From NCBI GenBank assembly GCA_951406725.2, contig OX597838.1, forward strand, positions 16,988,001 to 17,052,000: a stretch of DNA of 64,000 bases, written 5' to 3'. Under the pieces are notes generated by a model, which did no database searches, had not been told where the DNA came from, and saw only the letters and a program-made list of their open reading frames with translations. How positions within the stretch are numbered: the first letter of the stretch is position 1; the number at the start of each line of letters is the position of its first letter. Position numbers and translations under genes: made by a program. The stretch comes from Octopus vulgaris (Eukaryota). Below, one piece after another: positions 38,176-61,041 of the stretch.

Positions 38176-40404
38176 TTTATGGTGAATTAATGTGGAAATT
38201 ATAACTCTTCACGCCTGACTATGAATCCTCATTTGTACCTATTATAATAGGTGCATTAGGTTACATATGAACTAATGTGCACTAAAAGCTAGAAATACTT
38301 GTTTTTATGGAGAAATAGCAAAAGAAACTGATATGGATTCCCTAAATCTAATCTATAAGAAAGTAATATTAGATCAACAGCTTTATTTACAAACTGATTT
38401 GCTTCACGCCATAAACTCTCCGTTGTCAGTCATCTTAAATTATTAAAAAATTTGTTTTTAAGTAAGTCACACGCCATCATTGTTAGTTTTCTAGAAGTTG
38501 ACTCTCAAACGTTTTACCAAAACGGGTCTTTCACCATTCTCTGAATGTCTGATCCTAGTTTTACAGCTGGTAAACACTAAGAACCTCAGGAGAATCGGGA
38601 ATACTAGTAATAGAGATATATATTTTGTTGTTAATTCAAGCTATAGTGGGGGCGCAATGGCGCAGTGGTTAGGGCAGCGAACTCGCGGTCGAAGGATCGC
38701 GGTTTCGATTCCCAGACCGGGCGTTGTCTGTGTTTATTGAGCGAAAACAACTAAAAGCTCCACGAGGCTCCGGCAGTGGGTGGTTGCGATCCCTGTTGTA
38801 CTCTTTCGGCACTACTTTCTCTCACTCTTTCTTCCTGTTTCTTGAGTAACGCTGCGATGGACTGGCGTCCCGTCCAGCTGGGGGAACACATACGCCACAG
38901 AAACCGGGAAACCGGGCCCATGAGCCCGGCTAGGCTTGAAAAGGGCGCATAAATAAATAAATACATTCAAGCTATGACTCAATTTCGATTTAAGATTGTA
39001 ACACAATTCACCTCACTAATTCGAAAATGTTTTTAAAGATATTTCATATTTTCCCTTTCCTCATATCTCAGTAACAATGCTTCCAACACGAATTTCGTAG
39101 GGTGGAACGAGACAGATTTTGCACAGCCCTCTTGAATTTGAAAGAATTCTTCTTCTCAAGTTCAAGAGGGCAGCGAGTTTCTTCTCAAAAAAGGCTCGTC
39201 AGAAATTGTCTTCTCTTTGATTCTCTAAGCCCCAAGCAGGTGTAACAGATGGACCCAGCCCCACTTGTAGGCTTAGCTTGATAAAGCTAATTCTCTATTA
39301 GTAGGTAGTATTTTTTAATTCTCTCCGAGAGGTTTTTCTGTGTAGAGGCCACAGCATAGCGTCTGCTGCAATCTTATTGCTGCGACCATGAAACTTATTT
39401 TTTTCATAGTTTAGACGGATTTAACGACGTGAGACTAAGCTAGCCTCAAATCATTAAAGCTTTGTTGTAGAGTTTGATAAGCGGAATTGTGTAGAAGTCT
39501 TAGGGAGACCATTCTTGTTTTTTTTCGAATAATATGCATAGTCTGTCGCCCGATTTAATACCATCAATTGGCTCTTGAGTATCGTCATCAGGGCCCAGAT
39601 TTCTTATTTCTTTATTGCCCACAAGGGGACAAACAAGGACAGACAAAGGAATTAAGTCGATTACATCGACCCCAGTGCGCAACTGGTACTTATTTAATCG
39701 ACCCCGGAAAGGATGAAAGGCAAAGTCGACCTCGGCGGAATTTGAACCCAGAATGTAGTGGCAGACGAAATACCTATTTCTTTACTACCCACAAGGGGCT
39801 TAACACAGAGAGGACAAACAGGGACAAGACAAACGGATTAAGTCGATTACATCGACCCCAGTGCTTAACTGGTACTTAGTTTATCGACCCAAAAAGGATG
39901 AAAGGCAAAGTCGACCTCGGCGGAATTTGAACTCAGAACGTAACGGCAGACGAAATACGGTTACGCATTTCGCCCGGCGTGCTAACGTTTCTGCCAGCTC
40001 GCATTCAGACCAAAATTAAGGTCCGATGATGATTTCATTCCATCAGTCTCTCAGGTCAAGAAAAAAAAAAAAAAAAAAAGGTGCTCTCCTCTTGTAACTA
40101 AATCATGTAAAAAGACAATGTGCTCCAGAGTATCTAATTTTGAAACGAGAACCCCCAAACAAGACCTTGTAAGCCCTGTGCTGTCTTTACTAACTCTAGA
40201 TGCAACATTTTTATACTCACAAGGCGAGCGCCATAGGGTGACATCTAGGTGAATTAATTCTTCGATCAATGTTTATTTCGTTATTGGAAGCTAATTTATT
40301 CCAGCTGCGTCCTCAGAAAACTACGTAAAAATCGCAGTCGTATTTTTTCTCGCGTATAGTACTGTAGACCCGTGTCTAAATAACGAATCACTACAAATAC
40401 TCAC

Positions 40405-40483
40405 CAGCTGGCATACAAGCTGTAATCTGATATTCAGGAACTCCAAACTTCCGACAGACACCTTGAAGAGATTTGGTTTGCAC
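40405..40483 (-). CDS. Penultimate exon of the same gene
   Basis: tttccatAG acceptor; G|GTGAGT donor. 79 nt, phase 0 to 1: VQTKSLQGVCRKFGVPEYQITACMPA. Phases fit both neighbouring exons. Confidence 0.75.
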
Positions 40484-40679
40484 CTATGGAAATAGAGACA
40501 ATACTTTAGTCATTTGAAACTACGAAAGATGATACCGCTACAAAAAAAATTATGTGAATTATTTCTCTTTAAAATCTCTAATTTCTGACAGTTACACTCA
40601 GTGATATTAAATCCTGTAAATAGACTGTCAAATAGCGAACTGCTGCGATATATATGAGGGGAACGACCGAGGGAGTTGG

Positions 40680-40767
40680 CGAGAGAGAGAGAGAGAGAGG
40701 GAGAGAGAGAGAGAGAGAGAGAGTGAACGAGAGGAAAGAGATGGGGAGAGAGTGAGGGAGAAGGAGG

Positions 40768-40800
<33 letters not shown>

Positions 40801-41175
40801 CGAGAGGAAAGAGATGGGGAGAGAATGAAGGAGAGGGAGTGAGGAGAGAGAGACAAAGAAAGAGAAAAAGAGAATGACGTAAGGGAACGAGAGAGAGAAA
40901 GATAGAGAGGAAAGAGAGAGGAGAGAGTGAGGGTGAGAGAAAGAATAAAGAAGAAAGTGAGGGAGAGAGAGAGGGAGTGGAGAAAGGGAGAGAGAAAAAG
41001 AGAGAGAGAAAAAAAAAGAGAGAGAGAAAAAAAGAGAGAAAGAAAAAGAAAAAGAGATAGAGAGAAAGAGAGAGAGAGAGACATTGAAAGAGAGAAAGAG
41101 ACAGGGAGCGAGCGAGCGAGAGAGAGAGACAGGGAGTGAGCGAGCGAGAGAGAGGGACAGAGAGAAAGAGATGGT

Positions 41176-41249
<74 letters not shown>

Positions 41250-41492
41250 AAAGAGATGTGAAAATAGGTCTTAATTACAGTAGAAATGATTATGTTTTGA
41301 CTCGTTATCCCTTTCTGGGTTTCTTGTTTTATTTTATAGCGAATATTATTAGCCAAGGGAGAAACTCCGACAAGATTTAAGCTGAAAAAATACGATTTTG
41401 TTTCTTCAAAATTTTGTTATTTCATTGAGGTCTCAACTGTGTGATAAACATTCGAGTTGGCCATCGACAAGAGTTGAAACCATGAGCTGATA

Positions 41493-41528
<36 letters not shown>

Positions 41529-41574
41529 GGTGGTGGTGGTGGTGGTAGTAGTAGTAGTGGTAGTAGTGGTAGTG

Positions 41575-41614
<40 letters not shown>

Positions 41615-41655
41615 TGGTAGTAGTAGTAGTGGTGGTGGTGGTGGTGGTGGTAGTG
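40680..41655. repeat. (GA)n-rich tract (40680-41245) and (TAG/TGG)n tract (41490-41655)
   Basis: Direct read. Confidence 0.97.
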
Positions 41656-42145
41656 GTATCATCCGAGTCTCGTGTCCTTATCCAGCAGATTTACGGTCAA
41701 AAACCTTGTAACTGACTACGTTGTAGTTCTTTTTATACAAAGTATATCTTGGTCTTAGTGGAGGCACATGGCTTAGTGGTTAGAGCAGCAGACTCGCTGT
41801 CGAGGGATCGCGGGTTCGAATCTCAGACCGGGTCATGTGTGTGTTTATGAGTGAAACACCTAAGTTCTACGCGGCTGCGCCAGAAGGTAATGGTGACTCT
41901 TCCGCCACAACTTTCTCTCACTCTTTCCTCCTGCATCTTGCAGCTCAGCTGCGACGGACCGGCGTCCCGTCCAGGTGGGGAACCTATACGCCAAGGAAAC
42001 CGGGAAACCAGCCCTTATGAGCCAGGCATGGCTCAAGAAGGAACAAACATATCTTGGTCTACATCAGTGGTTCCCAACCTTTTCACGATCAAGGACCTCT
42101 TTTATTTAAATGGGGTTTCCTATGAACTTATTTTGATATGCTTAT

Positions 42146-42213
<68 letters not shown>

Positions 42214-42393
42214 AGGATTCACACACACAAAAAAAAGACAAAGACAGGTAGTGTAGACAACAAACAGATGTATTAGTTTAACGCTCGGGAAGTGAAAAAA
42301 GTCTTTAACGTTTCGAGCATACGCTCTTCCACAGAACGGAACACAGAAAGAAACAAGGAGAGAAAATAAAGAATGTGTAGTGGCTAGCGATCG

Positions 42394-42428
<35 letters not shown>

Positions 42429-42887
42429 CTCCTTCTTATTTCTTTATTACCCACAAGGGGCTAAACACAGAGGGGACAAACAAGGACAGACAAACGGATT
42501 AAGTCGATTATATCGACCCCAGTGCGTAACTGGTACTTATTTAATCGACCCCGAAAGGATGAAAGGCAATTTGAACTCAGAAACGTAACGGCAGACGAAA
42601 TACCGCTAAGCATTTCGCCCGGCGTGCTAACGTTTCTGCCAGCTCGCCACCTCGTTTGTGAATCTGTATTGTCGCGGCAAAGCAACGAGAAATGCCACGT
42701 AACCCACTTTCGCAAATCAGTGGCTCTGTTACGACAAAATGGGAAAGAAAAGTTAAAAGTCTTTGCATTATCGAAAAATTTGAGATCATAACGGCAGTCA
42801 GTTGAGTGTTTCTTTCATTGCAGTCGGAATTAAATATCAAGAGAGGACTTTTTACGGTGGCAGATTACTTTAGCTTCTTAATAGTGC

Positions 42888-44625
<1,738 letters not shown>

Positions 44626-45774
44626 CCGCTACGTTGTGAGTTCAAATTCCGCCGGGGTCGACTTTGCCTTTCATCCTTTCGGGGTCGATTAAATAAGTAC
44701 CAGTTACGCACTGGGGTCGATATAATCGACTTAATCCGTTTGTCTGTCCTTGTTTGTTCCCTCTCTCTGTGTTTAGCTCCTTGTGGGCAGTAAAGAAATA
44801 AGAAATGAATTTACATGGAAATGAATTAGCTACAACGAATATTCAGCATAATATATTTAGAAGACTAAAAGCAAAAATCTCAATGATAATTCAGAATCTC
44901 ATTATTAATTTATACAACAGTTTCCACACTTAAATACAAACATTATCAACCATATAACTACTGCATAATTAATACTAAAAAAAATACATTAAATAATTAA
45001 TTTGAACGAGATGACTAAACTATTTCATTAAGTATATTTTTTCATTAAGTTTATTTTTTCATTAAATATATTCTTTCAGAAACGGCTACCTTTACTCATT
45101 AATTTTAATTAATTACGTATTTGTATATATCGTGTAATGTTATTAATGTCAGTATGTTAACTGTTGAAACTGTTATAGAACTTAATAATGAAATTTTTGG
45201 AACACGGCAATGTCTTGTTTATTATACTTCTCATTATGTGTATGACATATTTGCTGAAAATATATTGGCCAGAAGACATTTTGTTTGAAAAACAATTCAA
45301 TCAAAAACATATTAGTCGACATCAGATACATCGAAAGCATTTTCGGAGAGAAACGGAAATATATCATATCTTCAAGTCGAATGATTATTTTAAACAATTT
45401 GTTTTAATTTCTATAATTATGTAAACAAATTACTTATAAAACAAGCAAGACACTTTATTCCACATTGCTCTAGTCAACTTAGTTTGCAAAGATGTGAAAT
45501 AATTTGAATATTATGGAACCTCACTGTGGATTAAATAAGAATTTTCTGTATTTTATAATACGGGATACTCTTTACTCTTTTACTTGTTTCAGTCATTTGA
45601 CTGTGGCCATGCTGGAGCACCGCCTTTAGTCGAACAAATCGACTCCAAGACTTATTCTTTGTAAGCCTAGTACTTATTCCATCTGTCTCTTTTGCCGAAC
45701 CGCTAAGTTACGGGGACGAAAACACACCAGCATCGGTTGTCAAGCGATGTTGGGGGGACAAATACAGACTCACG

Positions 45775-45821
<47 letters not shown>

Positions 45822-46408
45822 ATATATATACATATATACGATGGACTTCTTTCAGTTTCCGTCTACCAAATCCACTCACAAGGCTTTGGTCGGCCCAAGG
45901 CTATAGCAGAAGACACTTGCGCAAGGTGTCACACAGTGGGACTGAACCTGGATATCCGTTTATATATTTATGTACACATACATAACCGACGGTGGTGCCC
46001 CAGCATGGCCGTGGCCTTCGGGCTGAAACATTTTTAAGGATTTAAGGATATATAGATCTCGTGCAATACACACAAAGACATATGTATATACATACACATA
46101 CACACACATATACATACGCATAACTATAAAAGCCAAACCCCAAAGCCTTCACAAAGATTCACCCACATGTGTAAATGAACTGATGCACACGTATACGTGT
46201 GTAGGCATACATACATGCATATCTAAGTTTATTTGCAGAATATAAATGCAACAATATAGTGTGGTAAGTAGCTTGCTAACCAACCACATGGTTCCGGGTT
46301 CAGTCCCACTGCGTGGCATCTTGGGCAAGTGTTCTCTGCTATAGCCCCGGGCCGACCAATACCTTGTGAGTGGATTTGGTAGACGGAAACTGAAAGAAGT
46401 CTGTCGTA

Positions 46409-46448
<40 letters not shown>

Positions 46449-46513
46449 TAAAACGGTAAGATAACAAAAGAAAGAAAGAGACCTCAATATTATGTAAATA
46501 GAAGAAATTTATC

Positions 46514-46622
46514 TATACAATAATATGTTACATTACTCGATAGTCAAGATAAAACTCTGGATTCCCACTTCGGCATCTGAAACTCAGAGTTTTATCTTGA
46601 CTATCGAGTAATGTAACATATT

Positions 46623-46632
<10 letters not shown>
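46514..46632. repeat. Perfect hairpin (about 46-bp arms) abutting (TA)n, splitting a SINE
   Basis: TATACAATAATATGTTACATTACTCGATAGTCAAGATAAAACTCTG and its reverse complement. Confidence 0.85.
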
Positions 46633-46698
<66 letters not shown>

Positions 46699-47350
46699 GG
46701 GGGGTTTGTGTGTCTGTGTTTGTCCCCCTAGCATTGCTTGACAACCGATGCTGGTGTGTTTATGTCCCCGTCTCTTAGCGGTTCGGCAAAAGAGACCGAT
46801 AGATTAAGTACTAGGCTTACAAAGAATAAGTCCTGGGTGGGGGTCGATTTGATCGACTAAAGGCGGTGCTCCAGCATGGCCGCAGTCAAATGACTGAAAC
46901 AAGTAAAAGAGTAAAAGAGTAAAGAGAGTTTACAGACATTAGAAGCTTCAATAATTAATGCTTGGTAGCAAAAAATTTAACGTTTAAAGCAAAAGAACGA
47001 TGTTCCAAGAATGGAAACAATTACAAACGCCACACAACAAGCGAATAACATGGCATCCGAATTGTAAATTTAACAGCCGTATTAATTACTTTTCTTTTGG
47101 TATTTAAATGTGCGAAGAATTTTGTGGTCGCGATGATTATTTTACTAGCGTACACGTTTCCTCAAAGATACCGATACTTTTATTGATGATAGAAAATGGT
47201 GCATCAAAACAATGGGAGAAACCATTGATAAATGTCAGCAATCGTGTAAATATATGTTTATACACCAGAACTGAAGCAATTGATCAATCAGCTACGGTTA
47301 TAAAATCTCGGTTGAAAATAATATCATCCATGTAATATTATATATATATA

Positions 47351-47434
<84 letters not shown>

Positions 47435-47436
<2 letters not shown>

Positions 47437-47634
47437 TCGCTAGCTTCTGCACGCATTTTTTTTTCTCTCCTTGTTTCTTTCTGTGTTTCTTTTCTGTGTA
47501 TCTTTCTGTTGAAGAGCGTAGGCTCGAAACGTAAAAGACTTGTTTTATTTATATTCCTGAGTGCCATACTAATACAATTGTTTGTTTATATTCCACCTGC
47601 CTTCGTCTTTTGTTTATTTTCATAAAGCTTCCCG

Positions 47635-47637
<3 letters not shown>
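47435..47637 (+). mobile_element. About 200-bp Penelope-type terminal repeat with a hammerhead-like motif (copies: 4238-4437 +, 42210-42390 -, 44110-44312 -, 58110-58300 -)
   Basis: All copies abut (TA)n and share TCTTT-CTGTYGA-A-GAGC-GTAG-GCTC-GAAA-CG-TA-AAAGA. Confidence 0.7.
47501..47538 (+). ncRNA. Minimal type I hammerhead ribozyme-like motif (A6U core variant)
   Basis: Stem I tcttt/aaaga, core CUGUUGA, stem II gagc/gctc, GAAA, palindromic ACGU mini-stem III, cleavage triplet GUA. Confidence 0.55.
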
Positions 47638-47676
<39 letters not shown>

Positions 47677-48314
47677 CATATATATATATATATATATAAT
47701 TGCGTGGAAGGTGTTTGTAAGCCATTTTAAGAAATACACAAAAGCCGTTCGATTCACTTCAACATTGAAGTTTAATTTGGCAATTTGCTCGACTAAAGGC
47801 GGTGCTCCAGCATGGCCGCCGTCAAATGACTGAAACAAGTAAAAGAGTAAAGAGTATATATATATATATATATACTGACAAACATCCGGGCTGCACGGAT
47901 TTTTGTCAGTGAAAAGTTCGCGGACTTATACCGACGAAAATATTTTGACAAATTAAACTTAAATGTTGAAGTGAATCGAACGGCTTTTGTGTGTTTCTTA
48001 AATGGCTTACAAACACCTTCCACGCTGCAATTATTTTCGTTCCAGCACACGATCTCAGATCAAATCACTTGCTATGCAAGTACATCTCCGTAATATATAT
48101 ACTCTTTACTCTTTTACTTGTTTCAGTCATTTGACGGCGGCCATGCTGGAGCACCGCCTTTAGTCGAGCAAATTGACGCCAGGACTTATTCTTTGTAAGC
48201 CTAGTACTTATTCTATCGGTCTCTTTTGCCGAACCGCTAAGTTACGGGGACGTAAACACACCAGCATCGGTTGTCAAGCGATGTTGGGGGGGGGGGACAA
48301 ACACTAACTCACAA

Positions 48315-48389
<75 letters not shown>

Positions 48390-49602
48390 CACACATCTGT
48401 AAATATTATAAAATCTCATTGTCGGCTAACAAATTCTATACAACTGATGCGCGGAAAAGGGACAAGTCTCAGGACGTACCGTTTCACGGTTTGTTGCTTG
48501 CTGCTCAGACAAGACTTCGACCCCGAAAGGATGAAAGGCAAAGTCGACCTCTGCGGAATTTGAACTCAGAACGTAACGGCAGACAAAATACCTATTTCTT
48601 TACTACCCACAAGAGGCTAAACACAGAGGGGACAAATGACAGACAAAGGGATTAAGTCGATTACATCGACCGCAGTGCGTAACTGGTACTTATTTAATCG
48701 ACCCCGAAAGGATGAAAGGCAAAGTCGACCTCGGCGGAATTTGAACTCAGAACGTAACGGCAGACAAAATACCTATTTCTTTACTACCCACAAGGGGCTA
48801 AACACAGAGGGGACAAACAAGGACAGACAAACGGATTCAGTAGACTATATCGACCCCCAGTGCGTAACTAGTACTTATTTAATCGACCCCGAAAGGATGA
48901 AAGGCAAAGTCGACCTCGGCGGAATTTGAACTCAGAACGTAACGGCAGACAAAATACCTATTTCTTTACTACCCACAAGGGGCTAAACACAGAGGGGACA
49001 AACAAGGACAGACAAACGGATTCAGTAGACTATATCGACCCCCAGTGCGTAACTAGTACTTATTTAATCGACCCCGAAAGGATGAAAGGCCAAGTCGACC
49101 TCGGCGGAATTTGAACTCAGAACGTAACGGCAGACGAAATAGCGCTCAGCATTTCGCCCGGCGTGCTAATGTTTCTGCCAGCTCACCGCCTTACACAAGG
49201 CAGCTGCAATTACATAAAACAGCTGCTTATAAAGTAGTCATTAATTAGGCTAGCATCATAGAGGATAACCTAAATTTTATGCTTTTCTGTTTTTGACAAC
49301 ACTTCATTATTTAAACAATATCAATTTATGTACGATACAGACTTAGTGAGTGGAGGCGCGTGGCTTAGTGGTTAGGGAGTCAGCATCATGATCGTAAGAT
49401 TGTGGTTTCGATTCCTGGACCGGGCGACGCGTTGGGTTCTTGAGCAGAATACTTCATTTCACGTTGCTCCAGTCCATTCAGCTGGCTAAAATGAGTAACT
49501 GGCGTATCGACCAGCTGAGGAATACATACGCCATAGAAACCGGGAAACCGGGCCCATGAGACTGGCTAGGCTTTAAAAGGGCGCATTTATATTATATTAC
49601 AT

Positions 49603-49662
<60 letters not shown>

Positions 49663-50769
49663 GAGGCGTGTAGGTTAGGGTGTCAGCATCATGATCGTAA
49701 GATTGTGGTTTCGATTCCTGGACCGGGCGATGCGTTGTGTTCTTGAGCAAAACACTTCATTTCACGTTGCTCCAGTCGACTCAGCTGGCAAAAATGAGTA
49801 ACATTGGATTACCCACAACGGTGCTAGTCTAATTCATTACTGCTTTACAAACAGCTGTGGAGGCCCAATGGCCTAGTAGTTAGGGCAGCGGACTCGCGGT
49901 CGGAGGATCACGGTTTCGATTCCCAGGCCGGGCGTTGTGTGTGATTATTGAGGCTCCGGTAGGGGGTGGTGGCGACCCCTGTTGTACTCTTTCGGCACAA
50001 CTTTCTCTCACTCTCTCTTCCTGTTTCTTGAGTAACGCTGCGACGGACTGGCGTCCTATCCAGCTGGGGGGAACACATACGCCACAGAAACTGGGCCCAT
50101 GAGCATGGTTAGGCTTGAAAAGGGCGACGTTTTTATCGTTACAAACAACTAATTGATTTGGGGAAGGAAAGTGGGTACGCCTTGAATGAGGAGCGGTCAA
50201 CAATCCGTGAAACGGTCCGCTTGGAGACTTCTTCATTTTTCTTTTCTGTTTAATTATACAGAATGAATGTATTTACACTATGATATAAGTGTATGTTTGC
50301 TAAATTATGGATATTATTTTAAACCTAATTTAAGAATAAAAGAACATTTACAAACAGGATGGCTAAATATTGAGTGTGTGTGTGTGTATGTGCGTGTAGG
50401 TGGATATGTGTGTGTGTGTGTGTGTGTATCTTCAAATTTATGTTCACCTTATCTCCACGCGCAGACGTATATGCCCTCTTACTCATCTGTCTCTTTGTCC
50501 ATCTCTCTATATATGTCGCTACAGAAGCAAACCAGTACAGACACGTAGAGAGATAGGTCGATAGAGAGTGTAAGAGAGAGAGCGAGCGAGAGAGAGAGAG
50601 AGAGAGAGAGAAGAGAGAGGAGAGATTGATAAAGATAGATAGATAGATAGATAGATTGACAGAGAGAGAAAGAAAGAGAGATACAAAGAGAAAGAAAGAT
50701 ATTCAGAGAGAATATAGATTAATAAAAAAAAATTGAGATTCATATAAAACATGAGAGGAAACTATAAAT

Positions 50770-57385
<6,616 letters not shown>

Positions 57386-57949
57386 TCCCAATATCTTAAT
57401 ATAGATATAACACCAACAAAATTTTGCCACCTTTAAAAATATTTTCCTTTCCTTATGTATTTATTTTGACAGCTCCAGTTCTTTTTGTTTCTCTAAATAA
57501 ATGTTTCCTCCCACACATATCAATCGATTAAGATCACTTGCAATTATTCTTAACGTCAATATTAGTCTTAATCACCTTAAAAATTTCTTACAACTTCAGC
57601 TGAAAAACTTGTTTTAATTTGCAGCAGTTGATATTTTGACACAGCTGATCTTCTGATGTGACCCAGTTTCGACATGTGCTAACAAGGAAAATATTACACG
57701 GTTTTCCTTTTTTTCTTTTATTCGAAGACTAATCTTCCCCACCTCCACCACCAGTTTAATAGTAGCTAAACTCTTCAAGATACCCTGCAGAGAAGCTGCT
57801 TTCTCTATTATCGTCCTTGTCATCTCTGATTTCAATTAATCATCTGCCAATTATATTAAACCAATACTACTTCTTTTCAATTACGATTCCCCCTTTCGAA
57901 ATTTTCAATTTTCCATCGGTATTTCAGCCTTTACATTTATAGTTCAGTT

Positions 57950-58029
<80 letters not shown>

Positions 58030-58408
58030 ACACAGAGACACACACAGACACACACAAACACGCACACATTCATGTATATATATATATATATATATATACA
58101 TATATATATAGTTAATCCAAACAAGAAAACACTAAAAAACAAAAAAAAAAACAACGCGAGGACGTGGAACAAATAAAGTATTATTGGACGCTCAGGAAAG
58201 AAGGAAAGAAGCGGAGCTCTTCGTCGGAAACATAGGAGAAGGAAAGATCCCGAGAAGGGAAGACAGAGGAAAATAATCGCCGGCGGTACTCACGAGGTCA
58301 CATATATATATATAGATATACATACATATACATACATACGTACATACATACATACATACATACATACATACATACATACATACATACATACATACATACA
58401 TACATACA

Positions 58409-58440
<32 letters not shown>

Positions 58441-59069
58441 CTGTTGTGTCTGGGGAGAGTAATTTTCTTTTCGTGCCTTATAATTTAACACACTCACCGG
58501 TAAAATTTCCACTTATTTCTTATTTTTATTTGTGGTTTCGATTCTTGGACCGGGCGACGCGTTGTGTTCTTGAGCGAAACACTTCATTTCACGTTGCTCC
58601 AGTCCACTCAGCTGGCAAAGATGAGTAACGCTGCGATGGACTGGCGTCCCGTCCAGCTGGAGAACACATACGCCATAGGAACCGGGAAGCCGGGCCCATG
58701 AGCCTGGCTAGGCTTTAAAAGGGTGCATTTATTTATTGTTATTTATTTTAATCAACAAGCCTTGAAAATCATTGCAGAAAAGCGAAATCCTTTTCTCCGA
58801 GAATGGCTGTAAATCTACTTCTCTGTTGCGATATTACGCAATTTCGATACATTTTAAAGTGCATTATCTCAAAAGTAGAGCTGCTGGAACCAAATGAGAA
58901 TTATATTCTTATTCAGTGGCGCGAATATATCTAGAAATTTGTTTCCCAGTGTAACAAACATAGGGTACATTCACGGCTAGCTGTTTGGGAGAAAGAGAAG
59001 GAAGAGAAAGAGAAGGAAGAGAAAGAGAAGGAGGAACTATAGATGTTATGGGCAATGTCCCTTCCTTCT

Positions 59070-59414
59070 GATCTTTTCCTTTTGACAGACGGAATTCAAC
59101 ACAATTTCTAGTTAACTAAACAATTTGAAACTTCGTATACTGGTAGAATGTGTCAAAAGAAAACATTATTTTCACTTGGATTTTTTGATAAATTTCTAAT
59201 TCGTTTGTTTTAACGTAGTTTAATTTTTCGAATTTTAACCAATCGTATGCTCTCTTTTGAGCTGAAATCATTTGCTGCGTTATCGATATTGATAAACAAA
59301 AAAGCCAAGTGAAAATAATGTTTTCTTTTGACACATTCTACCAGTATACGAAGTTTCAAATTGTTTAGTTAACTAGAAATTGTGTTGAAATCTGGCCTTC
59401 AAAAGGAAAAGATC
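59070..59414. mobile_element. Long-TIR MITE related to the 9873 element
   Basis: About 110-bp arms beginning GATCTTTTCC; shares AAACTTCGTATACTGGTAGAATGTGT with the 9873 element; flanking duplication (c)cttccttc(t). Confidence 0.8.
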
Positions 59415-59749
59415 CCTTCCTTCTCTTTCGACTAATTCACACAATAAAAATACGAAGAAGAGAGAACAAGTAATGTAACGTCTTTACTACTTTACAACTA
59501 CATTATACCGCAATTCCACCACACCACACCACAGCTATACTGCATTATAGCCATACAACCTCAAAACAACACCACACTACAATTACACCCCATCATCACC
59601 ATCACCATCACCATCAACAACACGGCCAAATCTACTTCCTAATTATCACACCATCAATAATACGACCATCAAAAGTACATAACACCATATCTACATCACA
59701 CCACAAAAACAAAAAATCCTTTTAACACCACAACTAAACCATCACTACA

Positions 59750-60232
59750 GGCACCACCACCACCACCGCCGCCATCGCCACCACCACCACCACCAACAAC
59801 AATACGACCACCATCATCATCACCACCACCACCACCACCACCACCACCACCACCACCATCACCACCACCACCACCACCACCACCACCACCACTACCATCA
59901 CCACCACCATCACCACCACCACCACCACCACCACTACCATCACCACCACCACCACCACCACCACCACCACCACCACCACCACCACCACCACCACCACCAC
60001 CACCACCACCACCACCACCACCACCACTACCATCACCACCACCATCACCACCACCACCACCACCACCACCACCACCACCACCACCACCACCACCACCACC
60101 ACCACCACCACCACCACCACCACCACCACCACCACCACCACCACCACCACCACCACCACCACCGCCGCCGCCGCCGCCACCACCACCACCACCACCCCCA
60201 CCACCGCCGCCGCCGCCGCCACCACCACCACC
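59750..60232. repeat. (CCA)n tract, about 480 bp
   Basis: Direct read. Confidence 0.98.
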
Positions 60233-60263
60233 GTCAAACTCCACCCTTTCTATTCCTACTTAC

Positions 60264-60379
60264 TCTGTATTTGTTCAGCTTCTCCTTGTACTCCCTGGTA
60301 CGTCTTTCTGAACTTCGGAATCGCTGCTTGATCAGTTTTAATCTCACGTGATCTTTCTCTTGAATCACCAACACGAAAC
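60264..60379 (-). CDS. Internal exon of an Hv1/TMEM266-like membrane protein (post-TM coiled coil)
   Basis: Polypyrimidine tract plus GCAG acceptor (60381-80); AGA|GTAAGT donor. 116 nt, phase 1 to 0: (G)FVLVIQEKDHVRLKLIKQRFRSSERRTREYKEKLNKYR. The ORF track shows a different frame. Confidence 0.7.
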
Positions 60380-60564
60380 CTGCAAAAAAAAGAGGAAAAA
60401 CGACTAAGTAAATCTGTTGAATAAAGAAACAGTGTGACTGACAGCACAGGGATACGTGTTAACCTCCATTCCCCCATCTCTCGAATTGGGGTGAAAAATC
60501 GGTTTGGACCGAAAAAGTTCGAGAAATATTTCTATGTTCGCTCGAAAGTTTCTTATGATGCCAA

Positions 60565-60624
<60 letters not shown>

Positions 60625-60962
60625 ACACACACACACATGCACACATGCACACACACATTATATATATATATGCGTATGTGTATGTAATATATATATATAC
60701 ATCTGTGTGAGTGTGTATGTAATATCCTTTCTACTATAGGCACAAGGCCTGAAATTTGGGGGAGGGGGACAGTCATTACTTCGACGCCATTGCTCAACTG
60801 GTTCTTATTTTATCGACACCGAAAAGCTGAAAGACAAAGTCGACCCCGGTGTTTGTTTAGAAGGGGAAAAGATTTTACTCTTTGGAGAAAAGAGAGAAAG
60901 AAGAAAAAAATATTTTTGAGAGCAGAGCAATCGAGAAAGAGGAAGAAAGGCAAGGGTAGGGG

Positions 60963-61041
<79 letters not shown>

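Noticed and set aside
39050-39570. Complex sequence with coding-like composition (also 17100-17500, 40080-40330)
   Set aside because: No sustained ORF or recognisable motif; probably old TE debris that I cannot assign.
57614-57835. 73-aa ORF as an additional exon of the Hv-like gene
   Set aside because: No convincing donor/acceptor pair, and the flanking exons already join in phase.
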